64,000 bases of DNA from the human T2T-CHM13v2.0 reference genome, Homo sapiens. A program made the position numbers and the translations under genes. Positions 12,091 through 27,000 of this stretch are shown here, in pieces. The notes under the pieces are model-generated. The model searched no databases, was not told the DNA's origin, and saw only the letters and a program-made list of their open reading frames with translations. The stretch is from assembly GCF_009914755.1 (NCBI RefSeq), contig NC_060947.1; one strand, given 5' to 3'. The number at the start of each line of letters is the position of its first letter. Position 1 is the stretch's first letter.

Positions 12091-13399
12091 AATAGAGTTT
12101 TTAAAATTTCATTGAATTATCTGTGTTCTCTTGCAACATGCTGAGCTTTCTTAAGATAATTATTTTGAAATCTTTTTTGGGCAATTAATAGATTTCCCTG
12201 GCTTTGGGTTGGTTACTAAAATATCATTGTGTTTATTTGGTGGCATCATGTTTTGTTGGTATATTTGTTTTTCTTAAAGTATTGCATTGTTATCTACACA
12301 TTTGAAGAAGCATTCACCTCTTCCGGTCTTTACTGACTGGCTTTGAGAGAGAAACAGCTAACCAAACAGTTTGGCTAGAAATTCTGAAGATTTATCAGAC
12401 CTTTTCTGTGGATGTGTTCACTTCACATCACTTTTTCCATCTTTGGGGAGATTTCTTATTATTGTATACCTTCTCTCAATTCAGCAAAACCATGCCAGGT
12501 GCTGAGAGCATCCTGTCTGTTTTCACTAAGGTAATGTCCTAACAATGCTCAAGCTTATGTGCCTTCTCCTAATTCCACAGAGTTTAGCTGTCTGTCTGTG
12601 TGAGATACAATCAGTTGTCTTCAGGAATGTGCTTCCAGAGTCATCCTGGGGAATGGAGAGGTGATATATGCAGGATGTTTTTGGGTAACCATGGGCTTGT
12701 TGAGGGGAAGCCACACCTAAAGTAGTCCAAGCAATTCATGGGTAGTCTTTATGGTAGTTTTTGGAGCAGTTAGTAGGGTCTACATCCTATCTTCCCTGCT
12801 CCAAGTTTCTCCCAACCACTCTACTATACCAATCACCTCAATATTCTGGGTAGAGTGAGAAAGAAGTTGGCCTCCTGGGAAGCACCCTATACAACTCCAA
12901 GAGCCAACAGCTCACTCACAATGCATTCATATTCCCCGAAGGAAGAAACTATGGGTCATGGGTCTCTCTTGGCACTGATTTGTACCACCTCAGAAGAGAG
13001 GCGTGATATGGGTAAAATTAGACTTCTCTTTTGACTGTCTTCAATTCATCTATTTTTAGATGTTTTGTTCTATTCTAAAGCTTTGCTAGAACTTCTTTGT
13101 TGCATGTTCAGACTCTCACAAAGATAGTCTCATGCATGAGTAGTTGTTAAAATTGATGCTTCTGCAAAAATCTATTTTACCACCTTGCTGACATCACACT
13201 GAACACAACCACTAATTAAATAAATACATTGGCTGCCAATGTTCATATAATAAAGACATCTAAACTGACCAGGAGAATCAGATCTCTTTATATTATAACT
13301 TAATGGAGCTAAGGGTGCAAGAAAATACTACACGAAAAGGGAGACAAGTTTGGAGGAGAATTGAACTTTATGTGCTTCAAAATGTGGTCTAGGCCTACC

Positions 13400-13790
13400 T
13401 CTGACTAAAAGCCAATCACCATAATAGTTGTTCATAACAAAATCTTATAATGTTATACCCCTGTTCATCGACTTCTATTAGCTCCCTGTTGCTATCACAG
13501 TTAAGTTTTAACTCCTAACCACAACATAATGTAAGGACCATCACAGTTAAAGCAAATATCTTTCTCTGTATTTTTTTTAATATTCTTCTGTGTATACCTG
13601 TAGCCTCTGGCCAATGACACACCTTGCCACTTCCATTCTCCCATGATTTTAGACCTGCTATTTCCTAGAATGCTTCCCTCTCAACCTCCTGTTACCTAGA
13701 AATCACTTTATAATTCATTACAACTCAGTTCAAATTTAAAACTCTTAGATAAAGCTCTTACTGGCTTCCCCAGTTTCCCTCCCCAACCCT
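13400..13790 (+). mobile_element. L2 fragment
   Basis: cttctattagctccctgttgctatcacagttaagttttaactcctaacc...cctagaatgcttccctctc...actcagttcaaat. Confidence 0.6.
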
Positions 13791-13832
13791 ATCCTACCTA
13801 ACAAACTCTGGGCTGTTTATTAAGTGATAGTA

Positions 13833-14074
13833 AGCTACAGTTGGCATCTTTTGAGTACTTACAATGTGCTCAATAGTATATTAGGCATTTTTTCATGTGC
13901 TATCTAATTATATGCTTAACATATTCTTTGAGGTAGATATAATTATGATTCCCATTTTAATGAAGAGGAAAACAATGTAAGAAAATAAAGTTAACTTGTG
14001 CAAAGTCACACGGCAGTAAACAATAGATTTGAGATTTAGACTTAGGGTGTTTGATTCCTGCACCCATGCCCTTA
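13833..14074 (-). mobile_element. MIR
   Basis: ttgagtacttacaatgtgc...tgaggtagatataattatgattcccattttaatgaagaggaaaac...aagttaacttgtgcaaagtcacacggcagtaa (MIR core). Confidence 0.8.
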
Positions 14075-14286
14075 CATATTTATTTATTCCTTCATCCCGC
14101 TTGTTCTTTTTTTTTTTTTTTTTTGTGCTTCTCTGTGTTAGGAACTTAGAATATAAGAAAAAAAGTGTTTCTGCATGAAGAGCTCTCTGTCATTATTGCC
14201 TCCTAGAGAGACAGCATTCAGAAGAACAGTCAAATAACTAAATTGAACTGCCCCCTATGGTAGGCAATATTTTTACTACTATTTCT

Positions 14287-14586
<300 letters not shown>

Positions 14587-14919
14587 TATTTTTACTACTA
14601 TTTCTATCACTGACCACAGAGATTTATTTATACTTCTTTTGGCATAGGTGCTTCTTCTACGACTAAAACTCAATAAGATATGAACCGTTTACCATGGCCT
14701 CAAGACCCTGCATGGAATGGCAATTTCATACCTCTAAAATCATATGTTATGGCACTCTCTTTAATCGTCTTCTGGTTACACTGGCTATACTTATGATCTT
14801 TAATAAGCTCTTATCCATCTCAGGACATGTTTTTACTTATCACAATCTTAATAAAAGGTTAAAGTGCCACATAAAATGAATATTCATATTTACTTTAACT
14901 ACTATGTGCTGAATGTTTC

Positions 14920-15190
14920 TGAAGGAGGAAAGAGTGGATGCAAGTAGAAGGGTTAAGAAGCAAGGGCGATACATCCAAAAAAGATAAAGTGGTGGTTTGT
15001 TCTAGGATGATGGTAAATAGTGGGGGTTGTGGAGGCAAGTGGATAAATTGAAGACATATATTTTGAAGGAAGAAGTAGTTAGACTATGTGATTGAACCTA
15101 GAAGTGGGGCAAATGAAGAAAAGAAAAACTCTATGGATGTTGATGCTATTAATTAAATAGAAAACATTGAAATACTGCAGAAAGAACAGA
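14920..15190 (-). mobile_element. L2 fragment
   Basis: aagagtggatgcaagtagaagggttaagaag...aagtggataaattgaagacatatattttgaagg...gactatgtgattga. Confidence 0.55.
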
Positions 15191-15799
15191 CCATGAGGCT
15201 TTGTGATAAAGGAGAAAGTGAGGGAAGATGACTTCTGCCCCAAGAGGCTATTTACTCTCTTAGGTAGGGCCAGTGTCATTTATTTCAGCCTTCTTGTGTG
15301 AATATAACCCATTCTTAACCGAGAAAATCAATACTGAGACAGCTGAGCTTTGAAATTTGATCCTCAGAGACAAAGAACAGCATCCTTCTGAGGACTGTTT
15401 AGACAAATACAACCTTTAGTTCAAGTAGAGGCTAAAATAGAGATGCCAGAATATTATCAAAAGCTAAATTTAATTGATGAGAAGAGGGGAAAAAATTGTT
15501 CATTTTGTGGAGGGCAAGAACTGTTTCAGAAACCAGCTGATTTCAGAAATCAGCTGTGACATTTGGTAAATTATTATTCAAACATGGCCTTGTTGCTGAG
15601 CTCCGGCAGCATGTATCTATCTTATCACAGCTTTGTACCCTAATTTCACCAACACAGGTAGTAAGGGCAAAAGTATTTTTTTAACAGATGCATAATGAGA
15701 GAAAATATTACTTAAGATGTAAAGACAAAATAAAGTTGAAGGATGCAATCAGAGAACTGAGCAGAAAAGAATGAACTTAGACTACAGACAAAGGAGAGG

Positions 15800-15950
15800 C
15801 ACTAGTTGTATATCATAGTGGATAATATACTACATAGACTCTGGAGTATGATTACTTTGGCTCATGTTTTGTCCCAAGTACATTGCTAGATATATAACAT
15901 TGGATGGATTAAATAACTTCCTTGGGTCTCAGTTTCCCCATATCTAAAAT
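15800..15950 (+). mobile_element. MIR
   Basis: tatcatagtgga...agactctggagt...ttgggtctcagtttccccatatctaaaat. Confidence 0.75.
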
Positions 15951-16189
15951 ATTTCATGAATAATTCTCACAGTCATCTAAAATGGTGTACAATATACTGA
16001 CTGCTGCTATTTATATTACTGCAGCAGATTTTATGACTAAATAATGTGAGCCTATTTATATTCTAGTCATATATTTTTATTGCACCCAAACATATCTTTT
16101 AAAAGGGAAACACATTATATGACAACAGCTGTCAATTCAATTGACAAGCAAGAGAAGAAAAGGGGCCACACAAGGACTAAAACTGGAAA

Positions 16190-16560
16190 TTCAAAAACTG
16201 AAATTGCTTACCATATTTTAGGGGCCATAAATTTTCTCTTACTTCTGCTTCTCTTTGCAAATCTTCATTCTTCTCTTTCTGCATATTGACATTTATGGTT
16301 CACACATAAGATTACAAAGGGTCATAAGGCTCAGCCATTGAGTTTACATGACCTTTCAGCTCAGTAACCCACAGTTGTGAACTTCCTGCAGCATTTCTGT
16401 TGTCAAATTATGAGAGAATCTGACTGAACTAGGAATAGACACTTGAACTTTCATTTCTCCAGCTCTTTCTTTGTGCAGGGGTCCATGAACAGAGCACTTT
16501 AATCTAGAAGTGGTTATTTCTTGAACATATAGGCCACATTGATTGGACTGTCAGATCCAG
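16190..16560. mobile_element. Possible ancient MaLR LTR (MLT1K/L-like)
   Basis: ttctgcttctctttgcaaatcttcattcttctctttctgca and gagagaatctgactg resemble old MLT1 motifs; very diverged. Confidence 0.3.
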
Positions 16561-16962
16561 CATCTGAGAAAAAAAAATGTACTCTTGATTAATTGACAGC
16601 ATCTGATTTTGACTTCTGCAAGGTTGAGAGCCTGGTTTTGCAGACTCAAAAAGTAATGCCAGCTATGACCCATTTTATGTTAAAACATTCCCCATTTTTT
16701 GCTTTATCTCTAATAAAATATTTTCTCCAAACTTCTGGAAGTGTTGACTTAATTTATGTATTTTTTCATAAGTTTCCTCTAACAAATTGGGTGGGGAGGT
16801 AGCCAGGCTACAGAAGCAGTACCAAGTGTTGTGTCAATAATTTCACAAGGAGAGTACAAACTTAGGGAGAATACCAATGAACAGTTCACTTTTCCTCTTC
16901 ATCCACAGCTGACACTCCACCTAAAACTGCCAGTCTCAAGCCCATTGAAACCCTAAGGAAAC

Positions 16963-17383
16963 TGTATTAGACGATTCTTGCACTGCTATAAAGAAATTCC
17001 AAAGACTGGGTGATTTATAAGAAAAGAAGTGTTATTGACTCATGGTTCTGCAGGCTTTACAGGAAGCATAGGGGCATCTGCTTTTGGAGAGGCCTCAGGA
17101 AACTATATTCATGGTGCAAGGCAAAGTGGGAGCAGACACATCTCATGGTGAAAGCAGGAGCAAGACAGAAAGTATAAGGTAGGGAGGTGCCACACACTTT
17201 TAAACAACCAAATCTCATGTGAACTCAGACCGATATCTCTGTTATCACAAAGAGAATGGCCTAAGCCATTCATGAAGGGTCTGACTCCATGTTCCAAGCA
17301 CCTCCCACCAGGCCCCACCACCAAATTTGGAGATTACAATTCAACATGAAATTTTGGCAGGGACAAATATCCAAATTACATCA
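16963..17383 (-). mobile_element. MSTA/MSTB solo LTR
   Basis: tgtattag...tgctataaagaaa...acaaatatccaaattacatca; perfect 5-bp TSD GAAAC. Confidence 0.92.
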
Positions 17384-17920
17384 GAAACATAAGTTAAAAG
17401 TAGCTTAGACAGTTTTTTCCCCCTAATCAATACTCTTAGTGATCATCTAACTCCAATATTTACACCTTTCAAAATCTTGGTCAAGTAATCGATGCACTTT
17501 TGAACACATATTTTTTACAGAGAAATGTTCACTTAAATTGCAGCCAGTCACAAGAAAAAGCATCACCTGTCCTTCCTAGTTAAATATAGCTTTGACATAC
17601 AGACTAATACTAGAGCAAATCCGGCATTCATATTAATATAATCAGTGTCAGACACAAGATACAGAAATAAATATCACCTAACACTTAGCAGGACTTTGCC
17701 ACCTGCTATAACACAACTATCTGAAAGTTTTAATGACCTCTAACAATAATACCCTATATATCTCCCCATTTTGGCTCATGGGGTAATACCACCATTCTTC
17801 TTGTCCCTTTTTTTTTTTGTTATTCTGAACCATGCCTTACCCCAAATTCTAGTAAGTTAGTTGGCTACCAAATCCCATATTTTACAGTTTCTCTCACAAG
17901 TCACCCCTCTTATTCCATTG

Positions 17921-20650
17921 TGTGGTAAGCCAAATAATGGTCTACCAAAGATGTTCATGCCCTAAACTCTGGGAATTTTGAATCTGTTTTGTAATATGTT
18001 AGTCTGTTTTCATGCTGCTGATAAAGGTATACCTGAGACTGGGCAATTTACAAAAGAAAGAGGTTTAATTGGACTTACAGATCCACATGGCTGGGGAAGC
18101 CTCACAATCATGGCAGAATGCAAGAAAGAGCAAGTCACATCTTACATGGATAGCAGCAAAGAGGGAGAATAGGAACCAATTGAAATGGGTTTCCCCTTAT
18201 CAAACCATCAGATCTCATTAGACTAATTCACTACTATGTGAACAGTATGGAAGAAACTGCTCCCATGATTCAATTATCTCCCACTGGGTACCTCCCCAAC
18301 AGGTGGGAATTATGGGAATACAATTCAAGATGAGATCTGAGTGGGGACACAGAGCCAAGCCATATCATTCTGCCCCTGGCCCCTGCCAAATCCCATGTCA
18401 TCACATTTCAAAGCCAATCATGCATTCCAACAGTCCTCCAAAGTCTGAACTCATTTCAGCATTAACTCAAAAGTCCACAGTCTAATGTCTCATCTGAGAC
18501 AAGGCAAGTCCCTTCTGCCTATGGGCCTGTAAAATAAAAAGCAAGTTAGTTACTTCCCAGACACAATTAGGGTATGGGCATTTGGTATATATAGCCATTC
18601 CAAATGAAAGAAAGTAGCCAAAACAAAGGAGATACAGGCCCCATGCCAGTCCAAAATCCAGTGGGACATTCAAAACTTAAAGCCCCCAAATGACATGCTT
18701 TGACTCCATTTCTCACTTATGGGTCACACTGATGTAAGAAGTAGGTTCCCATGGTCTTGGGCAGATCTGCCCCTGTGGCTATGCAGGGTACAGCCTTCCT
18801 CCTGGCTGCTTTCATGGGCTGGTATTGTCTGTGGTCTTTCCAGGCACATGGTGCAAGGTGTTGGTGGATCTACCATTCTGGGGTCTGGAGGATGGTGGCT
18901 GTCTTCTCACAGTTCCACTAGGCAGTGCCCCAGCAGGGACTCTGTGTGTGGGCTCTAACCCCACATTTCCCTTCTGCATTGCCCTAGCAGAGGTTCTCCA
19001 TGACAGCCCCACACCTGCACAAAACTTCTGCCTGGACATCCAGGCATTTCCATACATCCTCTGAAATCCAGGCAGAGGTTTCCAAATCTCAGTTCTTGAC
19101 TTCTGTGCACCCGCAGGCTCAACAACATGTGGAAGCTGCCAAGGCTTGGGGCTTCCACCCTCTGAAGCCACGGTCCGAGCTATATGTTGGCCCCTTGTAG
19201 TCATGGCTGAAGCAGCTGTGACACAGGGCACCAAGTCCCTAGACTGCACACAGCACGGGGACCCTAGGCCTTTCCCATCAAACCATTTTTTTTTCTCCTA
19301 GGCCTCCTGGCCTGTAATGGGAGGGGCTGCCATGAAGACCTCTGACATGCCCTGGAGACATTTTCCCCATTGTCTTGGGTATTAACATTTGGCTCCTCGT
19401 TACTTATGCAGATTTCTGCAGTGGACTTGAATTTCTTCTTAGAAAATGGGATTTTCTTTTCTATTGCATTGTCAGACTGCAAATTTTCCAAACTTTTATG
19501 CTCTGCTTCTCTTATAAAACTGAATGCCTTTAACAGTACCCATGTCACGTCTTGAATGCTTTGCTGCTGAGAAATTTCTTCTTCCAGATACCCTAAATTA
19601 TATCTCTCATGTTGGAAATCCCACAAATCTCTAGGGCAGGGGCAAAATGCTGCCAGTCTCTTTGCTAGAACATAACAAGAGTCACCTTTGCTCCAGTTCC
19701 CAACGATTTCCTCATCTCCATCTGAGACCACCTCAGTTTGGACCTTATTGTCCATATCACTATCAGGCTTTTCGTTAAAGCCATTCAACAAGTCTCTAGG
19801 AAGTTCCAAATTTTCCCACATTTTCCTGTCTTCTTCTGAGGCCTCCAAACTTTTCCAACCTGTGCCTGTTACTCAGTTCCAAAGTCACTTTGACGTTTTT
19901 GGGTATCTTTTCAGCAACACCCCACTCCTAGTAACAATTTACTATATTAATCTGTTTTCGTGCTCCTGAGAAAGACATACCTGACACTGGGCAATTTACC
20001 AAAAAAAGGGGTTTAATTGGATTTACAGTTCCACGTGGCTGAGGAAGCCTCACAATCATGGTGGTAGGCAAGGAAGAGCAAGTCACATCTTACATGAATG
20101 GCAGCAAAGAGAGAGAATGAGAGTGAAGCAAAATGGGTTTCCCCTTATCAAATCATCAGATCTCGAGAGACTTATTCACTACCATGAGGATGGTATGGGA
20201 GAAACTGCTCCATGATTCAATTATTTCCCACCAGGTCCCTCCCATAATATGTGGGAATTATAGGAGTACAATTCAAGGTGAGATTTGAGTGAGGACACGG
20301 AGTCAAACCATATCAAGTGACATGGCAAAACAGACTTTGCAGATGCAATCTAGTTGTGAAATTTAAAATGCAAAGATTATCCTAGATTACCTGAGTGGGT
20401 CCAATCTAAATACACAATTTCTTAGTATCTGGGGCCTGTTTTCTGCTGCAGTGAGAGAAGGAAGTGATGATAAAAGAAGTGTCAGTGGGATGGCACCATG
20501 AGAAGAATTCACTACTTTATGGCTGCTTCTGGGAAGTATTGAACTACATGAAGGGGTCAGAAAGAGGCCCATATGCTATGGGTGGTTTCCATATGAGAGC
20601 CTGCAAGGAAATAGAGATATCAGTTCTACAACAACATGAAATTGATTAAG
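17921..20650 (+). mobile_element. MLT1D/E-type LTR split by a THE1 insertion (pieces 17921-17990 and 20316-20650)
   Basis: tgtggtaagccaaataatggtctaccaaagatgttcatgccctaa | acatggcaaaacagactttgcagatg...gattatcctagattacctgagtgggtccaatctaa. Confidence 0.75.
17995..20315 (-). mobile_element. Full-length THE1 (THE1B-like) MaLR: LTR 17995-18367, internal region, LTR 19943-20315
   Basis: Two matching LTRs ending ccatatca. The internal region contains the THE1 ORF remnant 19264-19848 (EEDRKMWENLELPRDLLNGF...). Confidence 0.95.
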
Positions 20651-20779
20651 GTTTTTTAAGCCTGACTTTTAATTTGTAACACAATTTTACAAATATGGAT
20701 TTCTTTTATGACAACACACTGAAATCACCTGCTTTTAAATGTATTGAATAGCTGGAAGTTGGGAAGGCAGTTAGGAGAG

Positions 20780-21235
20780 AAAGGATTGCTGCCCTTAGAT
20801 AACTTACATTCTAGTGTAAAAGCAAAACATTATACAGAAATGGGCTATAGGAAAACAGAAAAGAGAGAAATTAATTCTGAGTTTGGTGGCAGTATTTTTC
20901 AGAATTGAGGAAAGTATAACATTTGATCTAGTTCTTGAAAATAAAAAAATACATGGGGAAGAGTATTTCAAGCAAATAGAATAGCGAGAGAAAAGACTTA
21001 GAGATGTCAAAGTATATTCTACTTCTCAGCATCTCTCTGGAAAAAGAAGAGCTTTTATTCAACAAATATTTACTGTGTGCCTATATGTTCCAGGCCCTGT
21101 TCCAGCACCAGAGAGGAAAAAGTGAACATGACAGACAAGGTCTCTGTTCCATTTTATGACACTTTCATTCTAGTATGAAAAAATGGCAAGAGATAGAGGT
21201 GAAAAGGCAGGCTGGGGTCAAATAACAAAAGGCCT
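20780..21235 (-). mobile_element. L2 fragments
   Basis: attcaacaaatatttactgtgtgcctatatgttccaggccctgttc...gtgaacatgacagacaaggtctctg and cttacattctagt. Confidence 0.7.
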
Positions 21236-21237
21236 TC

Positions 21238-22877
<1,640 letters not shown>

Positions 22878-22879
22878 GA

Positions 22880-23460
22880 CACTTCTGGGATAAAGGATAA
22901 GTTCCATACACTGTTATTGGGAATATAAGCTGGTGCAAACCTTTTGAAGATGAAGTAGAAATATCTAGTAAATCAGAAAATATACATACCTTATTATCTA
23001 ATAATTCCAGTTCTTGCCGTATACTCCGTGGAAACATTCTTGCATGTGTGCAAAAGGAGATAGGTAAAGAGCATTCATCATCACATTGTTCATAATAGAA
23101 ATAAATATATATATTGCAATATACTCCTCTGATGCATTATCTTGCAGCCATTAAGATGTATGAATCTGATTTTGATGCATTAATATAGATAGGTCACAAA
23201 TACATAATATCCAGTAAAATAAAAAAAAAGCTAACAATTACATATACATAGTATAATTGTTTTATGTGAATATTTAAGCATATAAAACAATTTCCTACAC
23301 ACACACAGATAACAAAAGTCAAAATACCATCACATTAGATATTAGATTTTTATATATGAATTTTAAAGGGACACATTTAAGCTACAACATCATTTCTAGA
23401 GGATCAGCAGAAGGTGGTTTGTAATATTATTCTATGTATTTATCTGTGTATGTATGTGTA
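22880..23460 (+). mobile_element. Ancient L1ME-type 3' fragment
   Basis: catacactgttattgggaatataagctggtgcaaaccttttg...aattccagttcttgccgtatactcc...gaaacattcttgcatgtgtgc. Confidence 0.65.
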
Positions 23461-23666
23461 AAATATAACCTAAACATGGAGAATAACAAGGAAAAAATAT
23501 TAATTTATTCAACTTTAAATCCAGATCTCTACTCTCTAATTAAGAATTTAGAACATTTCCAATTTCAATTTAGCCACATTTTAATATTTTACGTTTGTTA
23601 TCTCATTTAATAATCTTCCCAATCACACTACCAGTTGGTCATTTCATCATCATTTTATGAAGAAGA

Positions 23667-23772
23667 TAATTCGGTTTGGTGCCATGTCCCCACCCAAATC
23701 TCATCTGGAGTTTTAATTCCCATGTGTCAAGGGAGGAGTCTGGTGGGAGGTGATTGAATAGTGGGAGCCAGA
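23667..23772 (+). mobile_element. Truncated MST/THE1 LTR 5' stub within a MIR remnant
   Basis: ggtttgg...tgtccccacccaaatctcatc...ctggtgggaggtgattgaat, followed by abrupt loss of similarity. Confidence 0.7.
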
Positions 23773-24049
23773 CCTGTCTAATACCTAATTTTAACTACTA
23801 TTCCACATTGATTACAAAAGATAAAAATAAACAGGCAATATAACTTTTTCAGTCTTAAGGCGTACCCCTACCACACTATGTTTGGATTGTAGTTAAATAA
23901 CATCTAATATTGAACATATTTTTCTCTTCTGTGTTTACTTGGCTGTACCTACTGGCCCATAGCACTTCATGACCTCAGGGACAATGAACGCTCAAGGGGT
24001 ATTCATTTGCCTCATAAAAATGTTGAGAGAACCAAGTCAACTGAGTTGT

Positions 24050-27000
24050 TTTTTAAAAACTTATTTTTTAATACCTTTCAGTTTGGTGAGTTTTAAATTT
24101 TTTATTTATTTTTAATTGAAAATAAATGTTTTCATATGTGTATGCAACATAGAATGATTAAGTCAAAGTAATTAACATATGCATCTTCTCTGTTTTTTTA
24201 TGGTGAGAACATCTAAAATCTACTCGGCAATTTTCAGGTATACATTATTATTAACTATAATCACTATAATATACAACTGACCTCAAAAAATAATTACTTC
24301 TCTACAACTGAAATTTTATACCCTTTGACAAATATTTCTTCATTCTCCCATCATCCTAGCCCCTAGTAATCATTCTTCTTCTTTTTGTTTCCATGAACTG
24401 ACTTTTGTTTTTAGATTCCACATATAAATGTATCACATTTATTGATTTGCATATGTTGAGCCATCCTTGCATCCCAAGAACAGATGCTACTTGATCATGG
24501 TAAATTATTCTTTGAATGTGCTGTTGAATTTGATTTTGCTAATATTTTGTCGAAATTTTTTTCATCTCTGTTCATCAGGGATATTTGTCTGTAATTTTCT
24601 TTTCTTCTAGTGTCCTTGTCTGGCTTTGAAATTTGACTAGTGCTGGCCTCATGAAATGAGTTGGAAATACTCCCTCTACTTCTATATTTGGGAAGCAGTT
24701 GAGAAAGGCTGATAGCACTCCTTCTTTAAATGTTTGGTAGAATTCAGCCATAAAACATTCCTGAGATTCTCTTTGATTGTAGATTCTTTATTGCTGATTC
24801 TATTTTTTTACTCCTTATTTGTCTGTTCAGATTTTCTATTTCTTCATGAAATAGGTTTTGGTAGACAGTATATGATTAGGAATTCATCAATTTTTTCCTA
24901 GGTTATCCAATTTGTTGGTATATATTGGTTCATAGTAGTCTCTTATGATCCTTTTATTTCTCTGATATCAGTGGTAACATATTTTCATTTCTGATTTTTC
25001 TTAGTATAGCTGTTTGTCAATTTTACTATCTTTAAAAAATGAGTGTTGACCTTTCCTATGTTTTTTTCTCATTTCTGTTTTATGTCTGCTCTAATTTTTA
25101 TTATTTTTCTTCTGCTAACTTCAGTTAGTTTTTCTATTCCTTGTGGTGTAAAAGTAGGTTGTTTGTTTGGAAACTTTCTTTTTCCTTAATATATGCATTT
25201 ATTTCTAGCAACTTCTCTCTTAGAACAGCTTTTTCTGCATCTCATATGATTAGATATGCTGTGTTCCTATTTGTATTGGTCTTAAGAAACTTTTAAATTT
25301 TCCTTTTGATTTCTTGTTTGATCTATTTTTTGTTCAATAGCATGTTGTTTAATTTCCACAAATTTTGAATTTTCCAAAATTCTTCCTGTTATTGATTTTT
25401 TGTTGCATACCATTTTGGTCAGTAAAGATACTAGATGTTATTTCAATCTTTTAAATTCACTGACTTGTTATGTGGCCTAATATAAGATCTATCCTGGAGA
25501 ATGTTCTACATGCACTTGAGAAAAATGCGTATTCTGCTGTTGTTGGAAAGCATACGTGTATATGCCTTCCAGGTTCATGTGGTCTAAAGTGTCTTCAAGA
25601 ACAATGTTTCCTTATTGATTTTCTGTCTAGATGATCTATTTGTCATTGAAACTGGGGTTTCAAATCCCCCAGTATTATTGTTTTGTATTTTTCCCTTCAG
25701 ATCTATTAATATTTGCTTTATATTTTAGGTGCTCCAATTCTGGGTGCATACATAGTTACAACTGCTCTATTCTCTTGATAAATTGACTCCTTTACCATGA
25801 TATAATGACCCTCTTTGCCTCTTGTCACAGTTTCTGTCTTAAAGTCTATGTTATATGATAAAACTATAGCTACTTTTGCTTTCTTTTGGTTTACATATGC
25901 ATTAAGTATCTTTTTTTCTTTCCTTCACTTTAAGTCCCTGAGTGTCCTTAAATCTAAAGTGAGCTTCTTATAGGGAGAATATAATTGGGTCTTGTTTATT
26001 TATTCATTCAGCCACTCTGCATCTTTTGATTAAATAATTTAATCTACTTACATTCAAGAACTATTGATAGGTATGGACTTACTACTGCCATTAGTTAATG
26101 CTTTCTGGTTATGTTGTAGATCTTTTGTTGTTTCTTATACTCTTGCTGCTGTCTTTATTATTATTATTATTATCATCATTATTTTGGTGATTTGATGATT
26201 TCCTGTCCTGTAGTGGTATGCCCTGACTCATCTCTTGTTATCTTTTGTGTATCTGCTATATACAGTTCACTGGTAAAATAAATATATAATCAAATTCAGA
26301 ATACTCATAATGATGGTTTGTAAATCACCTATAACTCAATAATTTAAAGGTAAAACTATAAAGCATTAAAAATAACTATATTACAATAATTTGTTAATGG
26401 ATACACAGTATAATAAGATGTGAATTTTGACATCAAAAACATAAAAAGTGGGAGGGGGAGTAAAAGTGTAGAGTTCTTTTCATTCATTTAAGATTATGCT
26501 GTTATTAGCTTAAAATAGTCTTTTCTAACTATAAGAAATCTCATGCTGACCACAAAGCAAAAACCTGTAGTAGATACATATCTTTGTAGGCAGCACAGCC
26601 AGGTAGTCAGAGTCTTGAACATGGGCACATAAGAAGTTATAGTGGCTCTGGAGTTCCAGATGTAGTAGTGATTAACTTGATGTAACTGCAGCTCCGATGT
26701 CCTAGGAGTAGGCACACATAAAGCAGCCCTGGAGGAGGAATATGTAGTACGGGCATGCACAGAGTGACCAAGGCTCCAGAGAATGAGACAAGGCTGGCCT
26801 GTAGCTGCAATATCTCTGGTGTTTGCAGCATGGGTGTGTGTGGTTTGGCCACAGAGCCGAAGTCTGAAACACTAGAAAATGAGAAGTTCTTTGGAGCCAG
26901 TGTTTGAAGTGTGGGCATATGCACAGCGGTCACAACTTCAGAGTCAAGAGTGTGTGCAAGGTTGGAAGAGGTGATGGCTCCAGCCTTGAAACAGTGCACA

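Larger units (their letters stand above)
5152..13197 (-). mobile_element. Full-span degenerate L1MA (L1MA8/9-like) with internal deletions and insertions
   Basis: L1MA 3'UTR (tttattgaggtataattgac...ttaactatagtcac), antisense ORF2 and ORF1, and 5' terminus ctattttaccaccttgctgacatcac. TSD a(t/c)tgaacacaa at 5139-5149 and 13198-13208. Confidence 0.85.

Noticed and set aside
14107-14124. T18 followed by gtgcttctctgtgttag, a possible splice acceptor
   Set aside because: No downstream ORF or donor evidence; such tracts are common.
15524-15556. tttcagaaa(c/t)cagctg duplicated (E-box pair)
   Set aside because: A 17-bp slippage duplication with no supporting context for regulatory function.
18719-19969. 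Cluster of ORFs similar to ORFs at 52-53 kb and 55.9-57.2 kb
   Set aside because: All are THE1 internal-region translations, not a host gene family.
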